Source: Basidiobolus meristosporus CBS 931.73
Taxonomy: Eukaryota; Fungi; Basidiobolomycota
Reading direction: 5' to 3'
NCBI GenBank assembly: GCA_002104905.1
Contig: MCFE01000042.1
Span: forward strand, 138,104 to 202,103
DNA: 64,000 nt
Shown here: positions 56,550 to 64,000 of the stretch, piece by piece
Layout of the letters: every line of letters begins with the position of its first letter
Position numbering within the stretch: the first letter of the stretch is position 1
Position numbers and translations under genes: made by a program
Notes under the pieces: generated by a model
Database searches by the model: none
What the model saw: only the letters and a program-made list of their open reading frames with translations
Told to the model about the DNA's origin: nothing

Positions 56550-59200
56550 ATGGACTTTCAGTTAGGCAAGAAGTCTTACCTAAGGTAAGTTGAGCTTTGA
56601 AGATTCTAGAAAGGACTTGAGCGTCTTGGTCGCTGCTAATAGCATTCAAGTAAGAACTGATTTGGTGGCAATTGTGCGCTAGGGTTGGAAGCAATAGCAC
56701 ATCTGGGCAACATATATTCATTGAGAATAACTACTGTCAGGCTGCTAGAACTTCCTCCGGATCCCAAAGCGCTTTACACTTAGAGCAGGGCAAGAGCAGT
56801 CACCAGCATGGACAATGCGTAAATCCCAGAAAGAGAACGCGACGTGGCAAAAAACATTCCCGAGCCAAGAAGAACAGAAGGGTAGCACTAAATGGGGAAG
56901 TACGCATTTTAGGAATGAGGCAGGTGATGGAAACATCGGTTGCAACGCAGAAAGGGCAGCAAGAAAAGAGCACCCAACCTGGATTGAAAGGCGGTGATAC
57001 TTGCAGAGTAGGCATGGTGCGTGAATATCTGGGTGAAAATCAGGATCCTGGAAATGATTTTGGCGACCTTGATGTGGGCAACCTTGATGTGGATATCATG
57101 AGTAGTGAATACAGCACAGATCGGGGATCCATTGGGGGCATATCAGAGGAGAACATTGCCCAAGCAACAATTCGAGTGGCATCAAATGGTGATCATTCAA
57201 ACGGGCTTAGTAATTGTTGCACAACCACAGGGGAAGAAAGAAGCACTGAGAAGCCACATGGCCTACCGCACACTGCACGTGGTACAAGAGGCAGAAGGGA
57301 GCAATTTGTAAGCAATGAAAATATCAACGTGGTCATTGAAGATTTAATACTCGAGCAAAATGAGGTCCAGCGTACTGAAGGAAGAGTGTCAATTGCGGAA
57401 ATTGAAAGAGCGGCTAGAAGCATAATACTGCCCACCTTAGCCCATTCCGATGAGGGCAATAGCGCTGTGGAAGCTGAGACTACAAGTGGACTGGTGGGAG
57501 GAGCCTTGTCTCTTAATAAAGTATCAGCAGCGGGCTCTGGATACTTTTCTACCAAAGGAGCACTTGATCTGGACCAGGCTGCGCAGCTTGGGGGGTTACT
57601 TCAGCACTATAACACACCAATGAATGAATCTGAATCGGCACTTATCAATATCATGAGGGCTGAGTTCATGAATTTTTGGCTGGAGAAATTTTACCAAGAG
57701 CCAGAAAAAATGTCTCGAATTTCCCATGGGAACCGTGGTCTTAAGGGGTTATCGTGCACGCAGGCAAATGTTTACTGGAATTCGACAATCAAGCAGTTCA
57801 TTTTGTTTTCCATGCGCCTATGCCAACCGGATATAAGAAGCCCTCAGGCGTATTGGGCTGTAGTGGGGGTGAAGGCCAACGTAGACTCCTACTTGATGCT
57901 ACGAAAGGGTAGGCACGGTTCTGCGCCACTGAGTGCATCCACTTTGAACAATATCTTTCATCATTTAATGAAGGCAGTATATCTTTACAATATTTGCTAC
58001 AATCCAAAGACAAAAGACAAGCCGCATGTACGCTGTGATGTGGAGATGCATCTACGCGCACTAGGTAGTGTAGCTGGGCGATTGAAAAACCAGCATACTT
58101 TTGAACGAAGGCAAAAGCGAGTGACTGAATGTACCAGGGAAGAGGAAGCACCAACTACTCAAGAAGTGGGATTTTTATTTTCTCGGCTTCTTGAGAGTAT
58201 GCAAGCTATATTGGAGACAGTGCTTCCGAGGGGTGAGTTGAATTATGAGGTGGTTCAAAACGAAAATTACACAAAGCAGCAGCAATATTCACTTGGGAAG
58301 TGGAGCTTTGTCACAACACCAATGGAAAAGTTAATTGCGCATCTAAAGGAGAGTTTGAGGTGTGAGCAAGCATACCGGCTGCTCCAACAGCTGACAATTA
58401 GGTATCAGCAGTTGCTCTACGCAGCAATTCGGATTTCTGCACCTTGCCGACGTTGTAAACCTTTTGCTCATATGCTGCTGCACTCTTCGCAGAGGCATGC
58501 GGATAAGGACAGCAGGTATTCTGGAGAGCGAAATATTCTATATGATCCAAAGCAGGAGAGATTTCATCTGGAGCTAGTGGAAGACAAGAGACCGGGAGGG
58601 AGAGGAGTCACCCTGCCTTTAGAGCTAACAAAGTTTGTTATCTTTTGGATCTCGATGTTGCGTCCGGTGCTAGTTGTTTGCCAGTCCCATCCCTATTTTT
58701 TTAGTCGCCCAAACGGCAGAGATGGCCTAGATCCCCAGAGAACTGGACACCTATTTGAGGGAGCAATTAGACAAGTCTATACCAATTCTAACCGCACATT
58801 TGATCAACGAGACTTGCGACGTTGGTGTTCCAGCTACGGCATATCCTCTGGTCTTGTTGACGAATATGCGGCGGCTATGAACCATCACCCTTCGACAGCA
58901 CGTCAAATTTATGCTCCACAGACTCAAGAGTCACTGGCTAATATTGCAATAGAGCACTATCAACAAAATGTTCTCGAAAGTAGTACTGCTAATGCTACTT
59001 TGGGGAACAATTCTAAGCAAACATTAAGCGCTGCTGATGGTGATACAGACAACAACACTCTGGCATCTCAGTTGGCGGATCGGTTGCCAAGTTTACCAAG
59101 GAGAAGTGGAAGAAACGTTTCAAGGAACATGGGTCCGGCAAGGAGTGCACCAAGGAATCAGGTGGTGGAGGTGGAGGTGGAAGTAGTGGTGGGGATTTAA
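56550..59200 (+). CDS. Large protein with C-terminal tyrosine-recombinase-like (phage integrase fold) domain
   Basis: Core-binding-like LSASTLNNIFHHLMKA. Catalytic-like order R (APCRR), K (EDKR), TLPLELTKFVIFWISMLRP, YFF, xxLRR (QRDLRR), H and Y (AAAMNHHPSTARQIY). Possible ATG 56550 with intron 56585-56682 (GTAAGT...CTGAT...CTAG) joins in frame; otherwise first ATG 56915. TATA-like TATATAAAAA at ~56460. Confidence 0.65.
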
Positions 59201-59796
59201 TGCGAACTCAAATAAACTGGTATATACATACCATTTGACTGGATAACCCCCCCCCCCGTTGGCTATATCTGACACAATGTTCTTGGCTCCCGGAGGGAAA
59301 ACGAACACTAGTTTGCAGTATTCCAACAATCCTGCCCTGCCTCTACCATTCCGTGGTGTATTTTCTTCCCAATTCCTTCAGTAGTTAATTTCAGCAGCGA
59401 TGAGGGGGGCGGGAAGATTTGCATTGTATTTGCCATCAGCCTACATGATGTAATGACCACGTCAGCAGGGTGTAGTCAAGCTTTGCAATGTGAAGCTAAT
59501 TTTGCAAGACCATCTGCATTGGTTCTACTGTGCAGTTGGCGTTCCATTTCCGATTTGCCATTTGCTTAATTCCATGCTTATGGCAGTACGGCACTGAATT
59601 AGCTGTCACATTGCCAATAAAATTGCATCCCTACCCCCCCTGAAACATGTTACGTGACTACGTGCTAAATCTACCCTTTGGCCTTCCACATGGATTATGA
59701 GAACCTTTCCAGCAAAAGCTCTGAGAGATGGTTACTTTGCGGTGTGTGCATACTACTTTCGAGTACGTGGACTAGCACAGAGGTCTACACAATTAT

Positions 59797-60126
59797 TTGT
59801 CAGCACTGTGCTTGCACATGTGCGATAACAAGCGCATTTTATTGAGCTTGGACGCTTTTGCTCTAACAATTGTCAGCACTGTGTTCGCACATGTGCGACA
59901 GCAAGCACTTACATCGGGCTTGTCTTGGACGCAATTTGCTCTAATTGTTGTGGACTTTGGTGAGGCCTACGTTTAGAAGGGGTGCGGAGCACCACTTTGG
60001 CTAGTTTACGCTTTGTCAGCACTGTGTTAGCACATGTGCGACAGCAAGTACCAGTTCTTGGGCTTGTAAGCGTTTCTCTTTAGGAGAGGCTGGTCATTGT
60101 GTGTAGCCTGCTGTTAGCATACGTGC
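59797..60126. repeat. Dispersed direct repeats containing the perfect palindrome GCACATGTGC
   Basis: ttgtcagcactgtg(c/t)t(t/c/a)gcacatgtgcga at 59797, 59870 and 60013, plus a degenerate copy gcatacgtgcga at ~60117. Confidence 0.9.
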
Positions 60127-60811
60127 GAAATACGGCCTTGACTCGCTTCGTGTAATCACTATTCTTCCTGGTCCTATGTCCAGGAAAGGTAGCAAGCATT
60201 CTCCACAGCGGCAGTGCTTGGGACAGTAGTTCTGGTTGTTGTTTGAGTCGGTGTGTTTCAGCCGCGAAGCCAAATGGCTGCTTATCTGACCGAAGGGTAA
60301 TCTTTGAAGAAGAAGTACTTTGGTGCCAAGTGCTCTCTTTTTTTGTTGATGTGATATCTGCAAACAACAGAAACATTGACAATATATGCTATGTGCTCTA
60401 TTTACATAAGAGTCATTGTCCTGCTAACTATCTGCAGTGTGCAAATCGAGTATATTGAAGGAAGTAGGACAGACTCTGGTAGCTGTATGAGTCCGAACCT
60501 ACTGGTGAAGCTGTAGTATGCAGGTGCAGATCACTGGAAAGTACAGTAGGCAGTAACGGCTAGTGTGCAGTGTGGGTAGGCAGGTACGGAATAGGTGCGT
60601 TCACAGTAGCCAGGTACAGATACAGTGCAGTTCATGAGCAAGCAACTGAATATCTGATGAGTCAAGATAATACTAGTCAAGTTATGTAGACTGTAGTCAC
60701 ATATATGAAGTAGTACTAGATCATATGATAAGGTATAGTAGTCTTAGGTTAGGGGGGAGACAGTCACCAACAGGTGAAATCTTTATTTCAGTTGAAACAA
60801 AGAAGCCAGCG

Positions 60812-63582
60812 CTACTGTTGTAGCTTTGATACAAGAGTGTGTAGCTGAGGGGAATTTGTAGGTAAGTTAATAAGAAGTGATGATAGTTCTTCAGTGCTCA
60901 AGACACTGTTCAGTGGGAAGGGGGGTAGCAAGAGAGGTAAGAATGACTTGTGAACAACATTAATGAGGGGAATGTGATAAGGATTGATATTCATCATAAA
61001 GGGAGTGTGCTGCTGCAGATATTGCTGCCAAAGGTCTGTCAAGTACTTCAGGTAGGCCAGCTTGGGTTTTTCTGACTGCAGAATAAAGTGTCAGCAAACT
61101 TCTTGACTTCAGGATCTCCAAGTATAGTTCTCCAGCAGGAGTCAGGTGTTGTGTGGTGTGTTCTCTTCCAGGCCTTAATCAGTGGGTTGTTGCAGTTGTG
61201 AAGTCTGAGGTATAATCTGGTTCTAAGGTAGAGAAGTCTGATCTTATAGGGCATAAACCCAAAAGCACCAAGAATAGCATGTCTGTAGGGGCATTCAGGC
61301 AAATGAGGCACCAAGGAGGTAATGCACCATACTGCAAACTTGTCAAGCTTAGTGCAGTCTCTAGAAGTAAGAGAGAGAAGTGGTAAGCCAAATTCCAGGA
61401 CAGGGAAGACAAACTGCTTGAGTAGAAGGAGGCAGCTGGGAGCTGAAGTTGTAGGAGGAGTAACAGCCAGTAGCTTGTGGAGTGCCTGTCTTGCCAGGAT
61501 AATTCTCTTCTTCAGGTGTGCTCCAGAGTCTAGTCCAGTAGGAAGGAAAGGAAAGCCAAGATATGTAGCAGAAACCTGAGCAGGTAGAGTGGAGTTCTCC
61601 AAGTTGATGGGAGAGCCCAAAGGTACTGTCTTTGCAATGGAAAGCTGGAGATTATTCTTCTGCAGATACTGGTGGATGGTCTGGGAGTCTTGTTGCACAT
61701 TGGAGGAGGATATTCTGATGTCATCAGCAAAGAGAGTAACCAGGCAGTCAGCTGAGAGTCTTGGGAAATCATTCAGGAAGATGGCAAACAGTATAGGACC
61801 AAGCACAGAGCCTTGAACCACTCCATTAGGAACTGAGAACACAGCTGATTGCTCACTTGGGTGCAGAATTCTTGCTTGTGGATCCAGAAACAGAGACCTG
61901 ACAAGGAGGGTGAGAGAGGTACTGGAGAAGCATTGCAACTTGGACCAAAGCAGATTTCTGTCAACTGAATCAAAGGCCTTAGTAATATCAAACAGAACTG
62001 AGGGATACTTGCACTGGAGAGAGTGATCTTGGCTAAGTATGACTGCATATTCCAAGGAGAGGCCAGGAACAAAGCCAAACTGTGCAGGATGAAACTTGAG
62101 GGAGTCAGAGTAGAGCTCCTGAGCAAGCAGAAGCTCAAACACCTTTCTGCAGGTGGGCAGCAGAGATATTGGCCTGTAGGAGCTAGGATCCAGGTGCTTT
62201 CCTTTACCCTTGTACAGTGGCAGAACATTTGCAAAGGACCATTCCTCAGGAGTAGAAAGCTGGGCTGAGCATTGCTGAAACAGTGGAAGCAGAAGTGCAG
62301 ACATGGCCTTGGTACTAGTCTTCAGAAGCTCATAGGAGATTGTGTCCACACCTGGAGCAGTAGAGTTGGGAAGCCTCTTGAGCACATTATGGATTCTCCT
62401 TTGATCAAGTGCAAGTGGGATGGGCAGAGTCTTGAAGTCAGGATGAAAGCCAGGAGTTGAGTACTGCTTTGTAGAGAAGAAGATGTTAGCCAGCTGTTCT
62501 GTTGAAGGTAACTTCCTGGAAGAGGGCCTCATTGCCCTGTAGAGTCTTGATACTGTTCTTGTTATAGAGTTGGAAGATTGCAGAGGCAAAGAACTCATAA
62601 TATGATCCCAGAGCTGAGTATGCAGAGTGTGGTGAATTGCCTTGGAGTGGTGTATTGCTGTCAGGAGGAGTTTCTCTGTTTTTGGGTTAGGGAAACTCAG
62701 GTAGCTTTGTTGCAGGGCTGAAACAATGGATTCCCATTTTCTTGAGGTAACAGCAGTAGTCTTGCATGGCAGTGAGAGGGAGGCAGACACCAGAATCAGA
62801 TGCTTCACAAAGAGCCAGGCATAGTTGAGATCATCTGGCAGAGAAAGTAGCAAACTGGCAAGCTTCAAGTAGTTCCCAAAGTCTTTCTTCTGATTCTTGG
62901 TAGCTTTGTGGGTGAGCACAGTAAGTTTTGGCAGCTTCTTCTTCACAACTGGTTGCATAGAAAGGGACCAGGCTGGGTGGTCAGAGGCTCTCAAGGATCC
63001 TAGCTCAGCTCCAGAGAATTGCTTAACTTCATTCACAAAGTAGAGGGCAGCAGCAGAAGGGCAGATCCAGTCAACACATCTTTTCTCAGATTGAGCACCT
63101 AGTGCTAGCAGATGGCTTTCTCTCAGGAAGTTCAGTAGGAATGTAGACCTTGGCTTCATTCTTGCAGTCAGAGTAGTCTTGTTCTCAGGATGGGGAATGT
63201 TGAGATCTCCAAGCAAGATAACAGGTGTTGATATAGATTGCTGGTATTGCTGAACTTTCTGGCATATAACTTGCACTTCCTGAAGGGCAAGACTTGGAGG
63301 CAGATAGCAGAGCACCAGACTGATAGTTGGCAACTGGAGAGCAGCACAGTAAGGGGAGTAAAGAGGAACACAGAGCTGAGGAGTATTGATGGTAGAAGAG
63401 ATGAAGCAGATAGAGGAGGTATTCTTTGTTCTAGGAGTAGAAAAGCAATATAGATTAGTCAAAAGTATAGAGGGTAGCTGGACATCAATCAAACACAGGA
63501 GGGAAAATCTTGAAAGAAGTCTCTCTAGAGTTGGTCTTGATGGCTGTATGCTGTTGCAGTTAAGCAACAGAACTTCAGGTAG
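60812..63582 (-). CDS. LINE ORF2 APE-RT (copy D; frameshift near 61090 relative to B)
   Basis: 839-aa continuous APE+RT frame (GDLN, SDH, FADD); the C-terminal 76 aa lie in another frame. Confidence 0.92.
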
Positions 63583-64000
63583 TCAGGCAGAGGTTGTAGC
63601 TTCTTCAGAGGCAGCATTGACAATGTGACCTGCAGAGTCCCAGAGCTCTTCAAATGGTGCATCACTTAAGTCAGCAAGGAGGGAAATGGCATGATTCTTG
63701 AGGAAGTATGCCACATCATAGGAGGGGGCTTGTCTCTTGATGGCAGCAAAGAAAGACAGAATGGCAACATGGGCTGGAGGCTTGTTGAACAGTAGAGAGT
63801 CAGAGGATTCAGATTCTTCAGGCACTATCTTGAAGTCAGTTTTCAGCCAGTTAAGGTTCTTCTCCACAAAGGCAACAAATGGGTCAGCAATGTTTTGGTC
63901 TAGGATAACCTCCAGAATCTTCCCTTTTCTCCAGGCCAGGTTGACAATTCTTGAGAGCTGAATATTGCATGCCTTGAGTGCTTTCCTGATGTTGGAAATG
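63583..64000 (-). CDS. LINE ORF1 3' part (copy D, truncated by window)
   Basis: Same sequence as ORF1 of copy B, ending ...EEATTSA-TGA at 63583. Confidence 0.8.
   Translation of the reverse strand, partial: ISNIRKALKACNIQLSRIVNLAWRKGKILEVILDQNIADPFVAFVEKNLNWLKTDFKIVPEESESSDSLLFNKPPAHVAILSFFAAIKRQAPSYDVAYFLKNHAISLLADLSDAPFEELWDSAGHIVNAASEEATTSA

Larger units (their letters stand above)
60752..64000 (-). mobile_element. Non-LTR retrotransposon copy D (5' part beyond the right edge)
   Basis: Highly similar to copy B from its 3' end (TTAGGTTAG6-agacagtcacc) through ORF2 into ORF1. Confidence 0.93.

Noticed and set aside
52918-59200. Calling the cassette a Starship, Crypton or Polinton
   Set aside because: YR is not the first gene and shows no motif I can tie to DUF3435. 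There is no polB, capsid or retroviral integrase, and I found no terminal repeats or TSD for the whole unit.
50140-60126. Possible CRISPR-like arrays (155-bp, 92-bp and GCACATGTGC repeats)
   Set aside because: The 155- and 92-bp arrays repeat over their whole length with no unique spacers, the palindromic boxes are few and irregular, there are no cas genes, and the context is eukaryotic.
1-64000. tRNA, rRNA or snoRNA genes
   Set aside because: None recognised by eye; a covariance-model scan (tRNAscan-SE, Infernal/Rfam) would be needed to exclude them.

Overview
Eukaryotic window with short (about 50-100 nt) GT-AG introns and fungal-type genes. The gene content and intron style suggest an early-diverging fungus, possibly Basidiobolus-like (inference only). 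From left to right there are three zones. (1) 1-20 kb, core genes: the 5' part of midasin (MDN1, six AAA Walker A motifs, running off the left edge), RPS17, an alpha-arrestin, a tandem pair of pepsin-family aspartic proteases with hidden hydrophobic (GPI-like) last exons, a UIM/UBZ protein and a PHO84-like transporter. (2) 22-42 kb, accessory metabolism: a Gfo/Idh/MocA oxidoreductase, an FAD monooxygenase divergent from a single-gene NRPS-PKS hybrid (C-A-T-KS-AT-T-TE, two +1 frameshifts as assembled), a decayed XIP-like aquaporin and a stand-alone nitrate reductase. (3) 43.9-64 kb, mobile DNA: five co-oriented copies or fragments of an APE+RT non-LTR retrotransposon. These copies have oligo(C) instead of poly(A) tails, sit at TTAGGG-like sites (one has an exact 18-bp telomere-like TSD), are almost CpG-free, and have ORF2 in frame behind a UGA-CUA stop with no ATG. 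Two of the copies bracket an 11-kb co-directional cassette: GCA-loop hairpins, 155-bp and 92-bp tandem arrays sharing a palindromic core, two orphan ORFs, a Kelch-like/SNF2 fusion, a tyrosine-recombinase-like gene and palindromic repeats. The cassette looks like an unclassified mobile or virus-derived element. Several single-base indels across unrelated genes may be assembly errors. No database searches were run; family calls rest on motifs recognised by eye.
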